Positions 1 to 13,826 of a stretch of 64,000 nt of DNA are shown in pieces. The DNA comes from Chrysomallon squamiferum (taxonomy: Eukaryota; Animalia; Mollusca). The stretch is from assembly GCA_012295275.1 (NCBI GenBank), contig CM022672.1, positions 21,142,001 to 21,206,000 of the forward strand. The letters are read 5' to 3'. Position 1 is the first letter of the stretch, and every line of letters starts with the position of its first letter. Made by a program: the position numbers and the translations under genes. The notes beneath the pieces were generated by a model. The model worked only from the letters and a program-made list of their open reading frames with translations. It searched no databases and had not been told where the DNA came from.

Positions 1-33
1 AAATTACAAGTTCTGAAGCTTACTTGAAATAAG
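1..33 (+). other. Non-coding 5' exon of M4 protease copy 1 (5' end at or near the window edge)
   Basis: Ends AAG|GTGAGA (donor at 34). The same block recurs at 8231-8263 and ~24761-24793 just downstream of a TATA box. Matching acceptors TTTCAG lie at 616 and 625. Confidence 0.6.
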
Positions 34-57
34 GTGAGAATAATTTAGATTATATTT

Positions 58-141
<84 letters not shown>

Positions 142-293
142 ACTTGTTGTCAGATCTCTTTGTCACTTTTGACTTGTTTCAAATCTCACTCTTTTCCCAT
201 TCTTTCATCTCCTTTTCGTCGTATATTTCTCTTTTTCACCATCTTTCTTTCTGTTCCAAATGTGTCTTTCTCTATCGAATGTCCTCCCCTACC

Positions 294-381
<88 letters not shown>

Positions 382-644
382 TAATATTTCGTATTTCAAA
401 TTATAGATACACTTTCATAGGTTCAGTAAAAAAAAAAAAAATAATAATAATAAGAAGAAGAAGAATAAGCAAAAATAAAAAATATTAATAATAACAATAA
501 TAATAATAATAATAATTATTATTATTATTATTATTATTACATTTAAATAATATATATGTATATAAAAATTAGAAAAAATAATGAAGAATATGTATAAGAA
601 AACTGCTTAATTTCAGAGGTTTCAGACGTTGCTTCAACACCAGC

Positions 645-3600
645 ATGATGAAAATTGGTTTAGCTGCAATTGTCTGTAAGTATATTTTGTTGATTCTAAT
701 ATATTTCTATTAGTGAAATGCCTTTTATAGTTCCCTGAACATACCGACATTCTGTTAAATTTTTAATATTTTAATAACAGCTCTTTCAAGTCATTTAAAT
801 AGCTCCTGGTTTGGAATCGTTCATTATAACAATAATAAGATCAAATAGTTTGTGAAATGGTTCAGGTCAGATGCGAAGCAGTATACTTCAGTTCTTAATG
901 CCTAGGATTGTTTAAATCCTTACTGGGTTGTATTTGGACCGAATGAGCAGTAAAATTCACATTCAGTAGATCATAATTATACTTGCACTTTCAACAGTGA
1001 ACTATAGACAGTACTACTGAAGTTAAATTCTTAACTGAGATATCAAATCTTTTAAAAATAATTTTCTTATGACACTAAGATTTTAACGAGAAATACAAAC
1101 AACAATTTCACGCATCTTATTATCCTAAGTTATTGTAATAGTGTCACGAGTTTTGTTGTTTAATGGGTACAAAAAACAAAGTCTAAAACATAGAATTTTC
1201 AGTCCATGGAAAACTCAAATTCTAAAATAGACTAATCATCATTTTCATAATGTTTTGTAATCCGTTTCGTTTGAGAGTCATTTAATGAAATTTTCCACGC
1301 TGGAACTTCTGTTTTGGCAAGAGTTTGTATTCATAAAATGCTTATTATTTGGTGAAGTTTATACAAAATTATATATATTTTGAACAATTGTCTAAAATGT
1401 ATTCCTATCCTTAAACTGATTTGGGGGTGCTAATATCTATTTGCGTCTCACAGGGAATACTGTCAGAAAACACGTCTGAGCGACTTCATGTAGTCAGGAA
1501 TATCTATGAATAGTTACAAAAAATTTGTATTAACCTTTTGCATATATATTCAGGATAGTAACCAGAGAATTATACCGTCATATTTCTACTGTTAGTTGAA
1601 CATCATGGGGACAGGTTGAAACTAACATTTGTAGTTAGAAATGTTCTTTTTTCTACGATGGAAATCAATATAACTAACATGGACACCTTGCATCCAAATC
1701 GTGTTCAAAGTCCAACTTGTATAGTAATCTAGGGGTTTCCAAACATTTTATTTCACCGATCCCTTTGATGATGTCCGAATAATCGAGAGTTTGATAATTA
1801 AATATTTAGAAGATGTTTTTTTTACGACGTGTTCGTTGAATAATAATGATTACGGTATAGTAAAAACTGAATATTAAAAAAACGAAAATATACACCACCA
1901 ACAACAACAACAACAAACAAACAAAAAAAAAAACACACAAAAAAACACAAAAAAACCCTCAAACAAAACAAACAAACAAAACAAACAAACAAACTAATAA
2001 AAGAAAAACCATTTATAATTAAAGGTGAAATCTGGGATTGATATATTTTAAATGGACTACTGACACTGGACTGGTAATTTTTAAGGTTTAATTTTGAATC
2101 TCCTCTTTCTTCCAAGTTCGGCATGTTTCTCTACATTATTAGAAGTACGTTAGTATCGCTAAATCCAGTACAACCATATATGAAGTTGGGAATGGTAAAA
2201 TAAAAGACAGTTGACTTGCAAAAAAGTAGGTATATCCAGTATAAATTATTTCAAAAACAACAATATCTTGGGGTTCTGTATTGTTGTGGTCAGTTTTGGA
2301 TTCTGTTGTTATTCATTTTTTTAGAATGTTTAATTTTAACAGAAAAAAAAATAAACAAATAAAAATAAAAATAAAATTCAAGAAAAAGAAAGAAAACAAA
2401 CACAAACATCATTAAGATCACTTTAACTCTGATCGATATAAGGGGGTGGAGCACTGTGGAAACCAGACTTGTAAAAATTTAATTCAAATCACAAAAAAAG
2501 TTCTATAACATAATGATGTCGGTATGAGAAATCTGACGTGGTCTTGACAAATATCCGTCGAAACACCTCTATTTGAAACTAATGAAACTAATTATACTAG
2601 TGCAAATATGTAAATAGTAGTTTTTAATTTTGTTTTCAAGACATTATACAGCATCATTTTCCTTTCACCATAATTAATTTCTATAAATATTTTTCTTTTT
2701 AAAGGTTTTATTTCCTTCATTTCTGTCGACTGCGCTGACAGACAAGATGCTGGAGAAAGAGCAAACCTGGTGATGCCAGATCGTCGCAGTGTATATTTTG
2801 AAGAAAGTCGACAAGAACGATCGGAAATAAATGTGAATGGAAAGAACCGGAAAAATTTACACGATATTCTCAACGCAAACAGTCATTATGACTTCAAAGT
2901 TGTACGAACCGTTAAAATCGCAAACGGCAAAACAAAACAACGTATAGAAGTAACCTTCGATGGCATCCCTGTATTTGGTCTCAGTATCCAGGCTACGTAC
3001 GACGAAAAGAACGGTTACACGGGAGCTCTGACGGGCGAGTTTGTCTCGGGAATAGAAAATGATATCAGCGACTCTTCATCTTGCCAAAGAAACGAAAACT
3101 TTTTGCTTTCACTAGGCAAAAAGAAATCTGGGCTTCCAGCTGTCTGTCCACACTGCAGCTTAACTAGGTCACAGAAGTATATCTATTTTGATAACAAAAA
3201 TAAGGCACATTTAGCTTATGTTATAGAAATCGAAAACGATGCCCCAGAGAAATTTTCTCGATATTATCTCATTGTTGATGCTTGCACCCTCGGCACTTAC
3301 GAGATGAAAAACACGACACCAAACCGCAAACAGTCGGTATCTTCCATCCATGAAGCAGATATCACTAAAGAGGAAAGAAGATCGAATATCAATAAAAGGC
3401 AAAATTGTCCAGTGTCTGCCAGAGGGACAGGAGGGAATCCCAAAATAGGACCTATCCATTACGGAACCTGGCCATTTTGTCTTGATGTTACAAGGAGAGG
3501 TCGAAGATGTATCTTGGAGAACGCTAACGTAAAGGTTACTGACATGAAACACAGGAATACAGGAGGACGCGTATATCGGTACAACTGTCGTAGAGCACGT

Positions 3601-4650
3601 GATTCGATTAATGGAGCAAACTCAGCAAACCTAGATGCATTCTTTTACGGAAATGTCATGACTCGCGTATTCCAAAATAATTACCACATGAATCCACTGC
3701 CTTACCAGATCTCATTAAAGACCCACTGGGGAAATAATTATAATAATGCATTTTGGGACGGGAGAGCCAGAGAAGCCGTTTTCGGCGATGATAATAACTA
3801 TGTTTATACTTGGGTATCTCTGGATATAGTCGCACATGAAGTTGCTCATGGCATGACAGACCAGTATTCTAATTTGGTGTATGCAGATGAGTCTGGTGGA
3901 ATAAACGAAGCATTTTCTGATATTACAGGTGAGATGGTTGAGGCTTTTTCTGGTTACAGAACTACTGACTGGATGGCCGGTTACGACATTACCAAGAGGC
4001 AAAATAGTGCAATAAGATATTTCTGGAATCCGCCAAAGGATGGTGTTTCAATTAGCCATGTAGATGATTACAACAACGGAATGGATGTCCACTACAGCAG
4101 CGGTATTTACAATAAGGCATTTTATGAGATGGTTGTGACACAAAGGATACCTATGAGACTTGCATATCACATGATCCTGTTAGCCAATCAAATGTATTGG
4201 AATGCTAACAGCAATTTCCAACAGGCAGCCTGTGGAGTTCGAAATGCCGCCATAGATCTGGGTATCAGCACATCTAAAGTCGATGCTGCCTTTTCAGTCG
4301 TGGGTATCAACACCGCCAGATGTGGTGGAGGAAACAATGGATATAACACGCTTTATCCTGGCAGACTGACATTCAACGTGTCTCCGTCGGTCAATCCATG
4401 TTTTCTACTACAGCCGCGTTCGGCCTCTTGGTATTACATATATGTCATTGCAAACACCAGAAATGGAAATCACGTCCTGATGACCATTAAGAACGGAGTC
4501 ACTATGCAAACCATTGGCTCAAGATACGATCGACTCGCTTATTACTTACCCAGCAACGGACAGGATCGTCTAATCTGCTTTTCTGCCAGCAGACCCACAA
4601 CAGTATATTTACGAACGTACTATTGTGGATTTAACGGTTGCGTAAACTGA
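645..4650 (+). CDS. M4-family (pseudolysin/vibriolysin-like) zinc metalloprotease preproprotein, copy 1; join(645..675,2705..4650), 658 aa
   Basis: Exon 645-675 encodes MMKIGLAAIV plus T, then donor GTAAGT at 676. Acceptor TTTTCTTTTTAAAG|2705 restores the frame to give the signal peptide MMKIGLAAIVCFISFISVDC-A. The propeptide has FTP-like (QRIEVTFDGIPVFG) and PepSY-like (AHLAYVIEI...YLIVDA) motifs. The mature domain has GGNPKIG, NAFWDG, HEVAH (3835-3849), GGINEAFSD (third Zn ligand E at 3907) and DVHYSSG (H at 4090). A ~110-aa C-terminal extension follows. The ORF-track start at 2770 is not the true start. Confidence 0.93.
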
Positions 4651-4692
4651 TGACCATAAATATGTGAAAGAAATATTTCTACAGTTTTATCG

Positions 4693-4698
4693 AATAAA
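4693..4698 (+). terminator. Polyadenylation signal of copy 1
   Basis: AATAAA ~43 nt after the stop codon, at an equivalent position in copies 2 and 4. Confidence 0.65.
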
Positions 4699-5134
4699 GA
4701 TTTATCTCACTGTATTTTCTAGTAAACAGAAGACCACTCTGAAATCAATTTGAAAACTGATAACTGACTCAAAAATTAACGGAAGAATCACCTTTATCTA
4801 TTTTTTTCCCCTGTTTAATTAAATGTGAAATCTCATAATGCTATTTGTTGTCTTTTTGTCGATAATTTTATTTGTGTGTTCCTAAGAACTGTACTTAATA
4901 ATATTAGAAAGGATACTGATATGTCGTTAAGTCAGTAAAATTGATACTCGGTAACAAATGGTAAAAAACTTTAAAAATAAAATATTAATAATAAATGATA
5001 GTATGTGCAGCTGAATACGTTCCACTTTGCAAAAATGAAAAGATTTCTGCTAAAGCTATTCATTTTTCCAAAAAGTCACGCCCATGCACACACACAGACA
5101 AACCTACAATTACTGGAACAAAAATGTACATTGT

Positions 5135-5240
<106 letters not shown>

Positions 5241-7120
5241 GAGTTCAAAGAAATAGGACACAAACATAAACAAAAGAAAAAGTAAAAGTTATATGTTCCT
5301 TCCATTAATGACAGTAGGTTTATGATAAGTGGAGTAGATATTTTTGTTGGGAGAATTTCGGTAGTTTGCACATCTTTAAACAAGTGGCTCCCCAATTTTT
5401 TAGATAAACTGAGCCCAACAATGATAAACATTGTGGAACATTAAAAAAGAAATTTAAAAGTTCTGTTAAACTTTCAAGCCAGAACTTTGCTGAAGCTAAA
5501 TATAAAATACACAATGTAACGCGGAATAAGACATTATTATGCAACAAGTCAATCTGTTACGGACATATTGTATTTTTTTTTAATATCAATTCACATCTTA
5601 TTCTGAATTTTATCGCAGAATCCCACTTAATTACAGGAAATATAACTTGAAATCCGACACGATTTGCTTTGCTTCAGGTTTAAAGGAGTTTACCACAATA
5701 TGTGGGAAACAGTTATTCATGATTATCAGATATTACACATATCAAGTAATATGGAAAATAGCAGTCCAATGTGAAAAAAAAAAAAAAAATGTATTTGCTT
5801 CGTATTCGCTAGGCTAATATCAAGTTTGGGAGTACATTTGCCTAGACGTTTTTCTGTAATGAGATTAAACGGCTATAAACAACTGTAATCAGCTGTAAAC
5901 AACAAAAAAAAAATAAATAATAATCATAATAAAATTGCATAAATAAAACAAAATAACGAATCCAGGTAATACATTTGTAACGATATAGCCACACACACAC
6001 ACACATTACCCTATTTAATCCTTAAGACAGACTATAATTTGTAGAAAAAATAAGGTGATAGTCCTTTGCAATGAGTAGGTTTCTATAATTTTCACAGTGA
6101 TAACTGAAAACTGAAAACTGTGTGAACACTTTTTTGGAGGCAATGTAAACATAATTTGTAATAAAACGTTTCGTTTTTGGATCCAGCTCAGTTTCTGCGG
6201 TTTCCATTTTATTTTTTCATCTATAGGATTGTTAACAAAATGAGCCTCGAAACTGTGTCAGTAGAAATTTTTAACCATTTAAAGCTACCGATTTTCAACC
6301 ATCTAGAAGTATATTGAATCTGAAACAAACCAATGAAGGCAATCTTTTGCAGAAATTGTTACTTTTGTAATATCCCAAATTAATACAACACTCTGTTAGT
6401 GTAAATAAGCCTTTAAAATATTTATTAAGCAGCGTTCTTGGCATCTCACATCTTTTTCAGAAAATTATTTTATTGGCGTGTATAAAAGTAGGTCATCAGC
6501 TATCTATGATACTACATGCATAGTCCTACGAACTGAACCTATGCTCCACACACATACACACATCCACACACACGTGTACACACAAATACAAATACATACC
6601 CACACACACATACACACGTGTACACAAACATACAATCATACACTGGTTTTGGTTTACATTGATATATTAGTTTTATTACGGGTTATGTTTGGCACTAATG
6701 ATTCGCTTCAGGTATGATACATGTTCATCTTAACGTCGTTTACGTTTACATACATGAGGACTATAAATCGTATTTTAGACTTTGTTCTTGCACTCATTCT
6801 TCACCAAAATAAATCCTATTTATTAAATTCATAAATGTGTATGTATATCACAGGTTAATAAAAAAATACATGTTTATGTGTCTACATGTGCATGCAACAG
6901 TACATGCAACAGACACATATAGAAGTATATATTTAAGCAACCATCTATCTGTCTAATCCACCTAGTGTGTGCGTGCGTAGATAGAACGATAGCGTGTAAA
7001 TTTGTAATAACAAACACATAAAAATACATGGAATACTATAAGCAGAATATAATAACACATACGCAAAAATGCAAATATATTGACAGTCATGAATTCACAC
7101 ATCTATACTACAAATGTCTA

Positions 7121-7228
<108 letters not shown>

Positions 7229-8158
7229 TAAATAAATACATATATATTTATTCAGGCAGGGTTTATAATGGCTGATCTGGTGCGAAAAAGGTATTATTTA
7301 TAACTTGAATCATATTCTACAACAACAACTACTACTACTGCTGCTGGTGTTGCTCCTGCTACCATTACTCCTATTACTACTACTAACAACAACAACAACA
7401 ACATTAATAAATAAATAAATAAATAAATAACATTAAAGTAAATATTTAAGAAATAAATGTTATTATTACTAAAAATTAAATGAAAAAGAAGAAAAAAGAG
7501 AGAGAATATATAAATTAAATTTTAGTACAAAAATATCGATCCTTCTGTCAATATATGTGTCCTTTTGGTATTTTTTTATCTAAATAAATCTTTTACTAAA
7601 ATCACGTTCGCATAAATGGACATTTTTTTTGTTGACGTTTCTGAGAAATGGTCTTTTGATTCAAAATAAAATTTTAACGCTCAGGTCAAGTTTAACTTTA
7701 TTAACTGGAAAAGTCATCACATTGTCCACTTGGGTGTGAATTTTATTTTAAAAACACACAAAAGTATTTAATCTTCAGTCTCAAGTTTTAAAACGTGCAT
7801 ACATAAAAGTTAGAAAATAATCTTCTTCCCTGACTGACCTTTTGTCAAATAAATATTATTTTGAACCAGTATTTGCAGTACATTCATGTACCTAATCATG
7901 ATATATAGATTCATTAATACTGGTGTAGTTTTCATGCACACTCGAGAATAAAAAGTTCTTTTAGTTCATATTTAGGACAGGTATTTAATTAAATGTTTCT
8001 CTGATGGTATCTAACCAAAACCCGAAACAGACTGAGAAAATTTACAAAAGATTAAAAAAGTGAAACAGAACAAAAAAATATATATTGAATTATATTAGAT
8101 TATACTCCAGGACTTAATTGAAAAAGTAGATAACAAACTGGTACAATCAACTGAAATT

Positions 8159-8263
8159 AACCAATCAAAATTAGAATAGAGAGAGAAGGAAGATGACAAC
8201 TGCTTTATATAAGGCGAAAGGAAGAAGACGAAATTACAAGTTCTGAAGCTTACTTGAAATAAG
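8159..8263 (+). promoter_or_regulatory. Pol II promoter (CCAAT 8161, TATATAA 8206-8212) and non-coding exon 1 of copy 2
   Basis: AACCAATCA, then TATATAAGG ~45 nt later, then a short exon ending AAG|GTGAGA (donor 8264). The same arrangement is conserved upstream of copy 4. Confidence 0.7.
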
Positions 8264-8289
8264 GTGAGAAACATTTAGATTATATTTTC

Positions 8290-8372
<83 letters not shown>

Positions 8373-8695
8373 ATAATAATAATTATAACTATTATTATTT
8401 TACTTTTTCTTTTTTTTTTACTGAAAGATGAAATATTATTGCAGATATATATATATCTGCAATAATATTTCCTCTTTCAAATTATATATACACTATCATA
8501 GTTTCATTAAAAAAGAAAAGAGTAAAATAATAATAGTTATTATATTAAAAAAATAATAGTTATAATTATTATTATTATTATTATTATTATTACATACAGA
8601 AATAAATAAATATATATGAATGAAAGAAAATAAAGAAAACATTTACAGGGGAATTATCTAATTTCAGAGGTTTCAGACGTTGCTTGAAAACCACT

Positions 8696-11600
8696 ATGAT
8701 GAAAATTGATTTAGCTGCAATTGTCTGTAAGTATACTTTATTCATTCTAATACATTTTAGTAGTTAAATGCCTTTTATTGTTCACTGAACATATTATAAT
8801 TCTGTTATTAATATATATAAATCTTAACATTATTTTTATATTTCATTAACAGCTCTCTGAAATTATTTAAATAGCTCCCTTTTTGGAATCATTCATTATA
8901 ATATTATTAAGATAAAATATTCTGTAAAGTGGTAGAGGTCGGACTGGAAGCAGTGTACCTCTGTTCTTGATGCATCGGCCTGCTTAAATCCTTATTGGAT
9001 TGTATTTGAAGCGTATGAACAAATACATTCACGTTCAGTAGATTATAATTATACTTGCACTTTCAAAAGTCAACTACAGACAGTACTTCCAAAATTACAA
9101 ATTTTAACTGAGATATCATGTCTTTTAAAAGGAAACATCAAGATTTTAACGACAACATGCAAACAGCAATTTTATGCGCATTATTATAATAAGGTATTGG
9201 AATATTGTATTGGTTACTGTTTAAAATAATATATATGTTAAAAAATAATAATAACAGAAACAAACAAAAAATCCAAAACAGAATTTTGAGCCCATGGAAA
9301 ATTCAAATTGTAAAACAGACTAATCATCCATCTTATATGATTTTCATTCAGTCGTTTGGAAAATAATATTTTATAATCCGTTTTGTTTTCGGATCTTTTA
9401 ATGAAATTTTCGTCGCTGGAATTTCTGTTTTGACAAGAGTTTGTATTCATAAAATGCTTATTATTTAGTGAAGTCTCAAAAAAATTACATATTCGTAAAT
9501 TATATATATCTTGACAATTGTCTAAAATTAATACGTATCCCTTAAATTGTGATTTGAGGTTCCTGATACGTATTTGTGTCTCACGTATACGTATACAATA
9601 TCTCACACAGGAAATATTGTCAAAAAAACACGTCTTATGGACTTCATATAGTCATGAATACATCGGAATAGTTCTAGAAAGTTGCATTAACCTTTATATA
9701 CATATTCGGGATATTAAACAGAGAATTATGTGATCATGTTTCTGCTGGACTGATTGAACGCCGTGGGGTCGGTCGGGTTGAAACTGACATTTGTAGTTAG
9801 AAATGTTATTTTCTCTACGATGGCAATCACTATATCTAATGTGGACACCTTGCATCCAAATCGTGTTCAAAGTCCAACCTGTATAGTAATTGATGATGTC
9901 ATAATAATCCAGATTTTGATAATTAAATATTTTTTTGTGACGTGTGCGTTGAATAATAATGATTATTGTACAGTATAAACTGTATATTACAAAAAGAAAA
10001 CATACACCAAAAAAACAACAGCAGACAAGAAAAAGAAAAACTATTTATAATTAAAGGTGAAATCTGGCATTGATATTTTTTTAATGGCCAGTTGACATTG
10101 GACTGATAATTTCTAAGCTTTAATTTTGAATCTCCTCTTTCTTCCAAGTTCGGCATGTTTCTCTACATAATTAGAAGTACGTTAGTATCGCTAAATCCAG
10201 CTTCAACCGTATATGAAGTGGGGAATGGTAAAATAAAATGTAGTACACTAGCAAAAAATTATTTCACAAATGTAGCTGTGATTTCAACGATACCTTTGCA
10301 TTCTATGCTGTTGTGGTCAGTTTTGGATTTTTTTGAATATTAAAACTTCTAAAAAAACAAAAAAAAAAAAACAAACAATATATATAAATAAATAAATAAA
10401 TAAAAGATCAAGAAGAAAGAAAGAAAAAACAACAACAATAATATCACTTTATCTCTGATCAGTGGGGGCTCGGACCACGTTAGAAATCAGTATTGAAAAC
10501 ATTTAATTCAACTCGGTATGAGAAATCTGATGCGCTCTTAATAAATATCCGTCGAAACATTTGTATTTAGATCATCACTACAGAAAACAAAAAACTCTAC
10601 TTATTATTATTGTTATTGTTGTTATGAATAACTGGTGAACTTGAAACGGCTGTACATAAAAGAATAAATCGTTAAGCATGACATTAATATGTTTACCCAT
10701 CGCAATTTGGACATTGATTTCTGATAGCTCAACGTTTCTACTTATGCACCAAGAGCGATATTTCTTCTTTTTTTTTTTTCCTGGAATTCTTTCCTTTTTC
10801 TTAATTCCCTAAAATCTTAAAATTCCATTTATAATCAAAACATCTAATTAATTTACATGTTCTTAAACATTGTGTACCACAATAATAATAATAGCAACAA
10901 CAACATCAACAACAACATTCATAATAATAATAATAATAATAATAATCATAATAATAATAATAATAACTATTATTATTATTGTTGTTGTTATTGCTGTTAC
11001 CATTATTACTATTATAATTATTATTATTATGATTATTATTACTAGTATTATTATTTTTTTATTCATTTATTCATTCATTTATCTGTTGAAAATAATTATA
11101 CTATTACAAATATATAAAAAGTAGTGATTAAGTTAGATTTCAAGACGTTTACATTACAGAGCATAACTTTCCTTTCACCATAATTAATTTATTAAAATAT
11201 TTTTTCTTTTCAAAGGTTTTATTTCCTTCATTTCTGTCGACTGCGCTGACAGACAAGATGTTGGAGAAAGAGCAAACATGGTGATGCCAGATCGTCGCAG
11301 TGTATATTTTGAAGAAAGTCGACAAGAACGATCGGAAATAAATGTGAATGGAAAGAACCGGAAAAATTTACACGATATTCTCAACGCAAACAGTCATTAT
11401 GACTTCAAAGTTGTACGAACCGTTAAAATCGCAAACGGCAAAACAAAACAACGTATAGAAGTAACCTTCGATGGCATCCCTGTATTTGGTCTCAGTATCC
11501 AGGCTACGTACGACGAAAAGAACGGTTACACGGGAGCTCTGACGGGCGAGTTTGTCTCGGGAATAGAAAATGATATCAGCGACTCTTTATCTTGCCAAAG

Positions 11601-13161
11601 AAACGAAAACTTTTTGCTTTCACTAGGCAAAAAGAAATCTGGGCTTCCAGCTGTCTGTCCACACTGCAGCTTAACTAGGTCACAGAAGTATATCTATTTT
11701 GATAACAAAAATAAGGCACATTTAGCTTATGTTATAGAAATCGAAAACGATGCCCCAGAGAAATTTTCTCGATATTATCTCATTGTTGATGCTTGCACCC
11801 TCGGCACTTACGAGATGAAAAACACGACACCAAACCGCAAACAGTCGGTATCTTCCATCCATGAAGCAGATATCACTAAAGAGGAAAGAAGATCGAATAT
11901 CAATAAAAGGCAAAATTGTCCAGTGTCTGCCAGAGGGACAGGAGGGAATCCCAAAATAGGACCTATCCATTACGGAACCTGGCCATTTTGTCTTGATGTT
12001 ACAAGGAGAGGTCGAAGATGTATCTTGGAGAACGCTAACGTAAAGGTTACTGACATGAAACATAGGAATACAGGAGGACGCGTATATCGGTACAACTGTC
12101 GTAGAGCACGTGATTCGATTAATGGAGCAAACTCAGCAAACCTAGATGCATTCTTTTACGGAAATGTCATGACTCGCGTATTCCAAAATAATTACCACAT
12201 GAATCCACTGCCTTACCAGATCTCATTAAAGACCCACTGGGGAAATAATTATAATAATGCATTTTGGGACGGGAGAGCCAGAGAAGCCGTTTTCGGCGAT
12301 GATAATAACTATGTTTATACTTGGGTATCTCTGGATATAGTCGCACATGAAGTTGCTCATGGCATGACAGACCAGTATTCTAATTTGGTGTATGCAGATG
12401 AGTCTGGTGGAATAAACGAAGCATTTTCTGATATTACAGGTGAGATGGTTGAGGCTTTTTCTGGTTACAGAACTACTGACTGGATGGCCGGTTACGACAT
12501 TACCAAGAGGCAAAATAGTGCAATAAGATATTTCTGGAATCCGCCAAAGGATGGTGTTTCAATTAGCCATGTAGATGATTACAACAACGGAATGGATGTC
12601 CACTACAGCAGCGGTATTTACAATAAGGCATTTTATGAGATGGTTGTGACACAAAGGATACCTATGAGACTTGCATATCACATGATCCTGTTAGCCAATC
12701 AAATGTATTGGAATGCTAACAGCAATTTCCAACAGGCAGCCTGTGGAGTTCGAAATGCCGCCATAGATCTGGGCATCAGCACATCTAAAGTCGATGCTGC
12801 CTTTTCAGTCGTGGGTATCAACACCGCCAGATGTGGTGGAGGAAACAATGGATATAACACGCTTTATCCTGGCAGACTGACATTCAACGTGTCTCCGTCG
12901 GTCAATCCATGTTTTCTACTACAGCCGCGTTCGGCCTCTTGGTATTACATATATGTCATTGCAAACACCAGAAATGGAAATCACGTCCTGATGACCATTA
13001 AGAACGGAGTCACTATGCAAACCATTGGTGCAAGATACGATCGACTCGCTTATTACTTACCCAGCAACGGACAGGATCGTCTAATCTGCTTCTCTGCCAG
13101 CAGACCCACAACAGTATATTTACGAACGTACTATTGTGGATTTAACGGTTGCGTAAACTGA
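8696..13161 (+). CDS. M4-family zinc metalloprotease preproprotein, copy 2; join(8696..8726,11216..13161), 658 aa
   Basis: Exon MMKIDLAAIV plus T|GTAAGT (8727). Acceptor TTTTCAAAG|11216 is in frame. The large exon is nearly identical to copy 1, with all catalytic motifs intact. Confidence 0.92.
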
Positions 13162-13203
13162 TGACCATAAATATGTGAAAGAAATATTTCTACAATTTTA
13201 TCG

Positions 13204-13209
13204 AATAAA
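13204..13209 (+). terminator. Polyadenylation signal of copy 2
   Basis: AATAAA at the same position as in copy 1. Confidence 0.65.
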
Positions 13210-13661
13210 GATTTATCTCACTGTATTTTCTAGTAAACAGAAGACCACTCTGAAATCAATTTGAAAACTGATAACTGACTCAAAAATTAACGGAAGAATC
13301 ACCTTTAACTATTTTTTTGCCCCTGTTTAATTAAATGTGATATCTCATAATGCTATTTGTTGTCTTTTTGTCGATAATTTTATTTGTGTGTTCCTAAGAA
13401 CTGTACTTAATAATATTAGAAAGGATACTGATATGTCGTTAAGTCAGTAAAATTGATACTCGGTAACAAATGGTAAAAAACTTTAAAAATAAAATATTAA
13501 TAATAAATGATAGTATGTGGAGCTGAATACGTTCCACTTTGCAAAGATGAAAAGATTTCTGCTAAAGCTATTCATTTTTCCAAAAAGTCACGCACATGCA
13601 CACACACAGACAAACCTACAATTGCTGCAACAAAAATGTACATTGTTACAGGGCTTGTAAG

Positions 13662-13826
<165 letters not shown>

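Noticed and set aside
3211-4002. Antisense ORFs inside the M4 exons (also 11722-12513 and 28502-29024)
   Set aside because: Shadows of the sense coding frame, recurring only because the gene is duplicated.
2770-4650. Bacterial contamination, or a prokaryotic-style ORF starting at 2770
   Set aside because: An in-frame spliced signal-peptide exon, polyA signal, conserved Pol II promoter in the paralogues and duplicated microsatellite-rich flanks show a host-integrated gene.
6022-6207. 61-aa ORF METAETELDPK present three times
   Set aside because: No recognisable motif. The recurrence is explained by the duplication and inversion of the spacer.
10857-11124. Poly-Asn/poly-Ile ORFs and an (AAT)n/(ATT)n quasi-palindrome (also ~17962-18253)
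   Set aside because: Intronic trinucleotide microsatellites. Such juxtapositions are common in this window.
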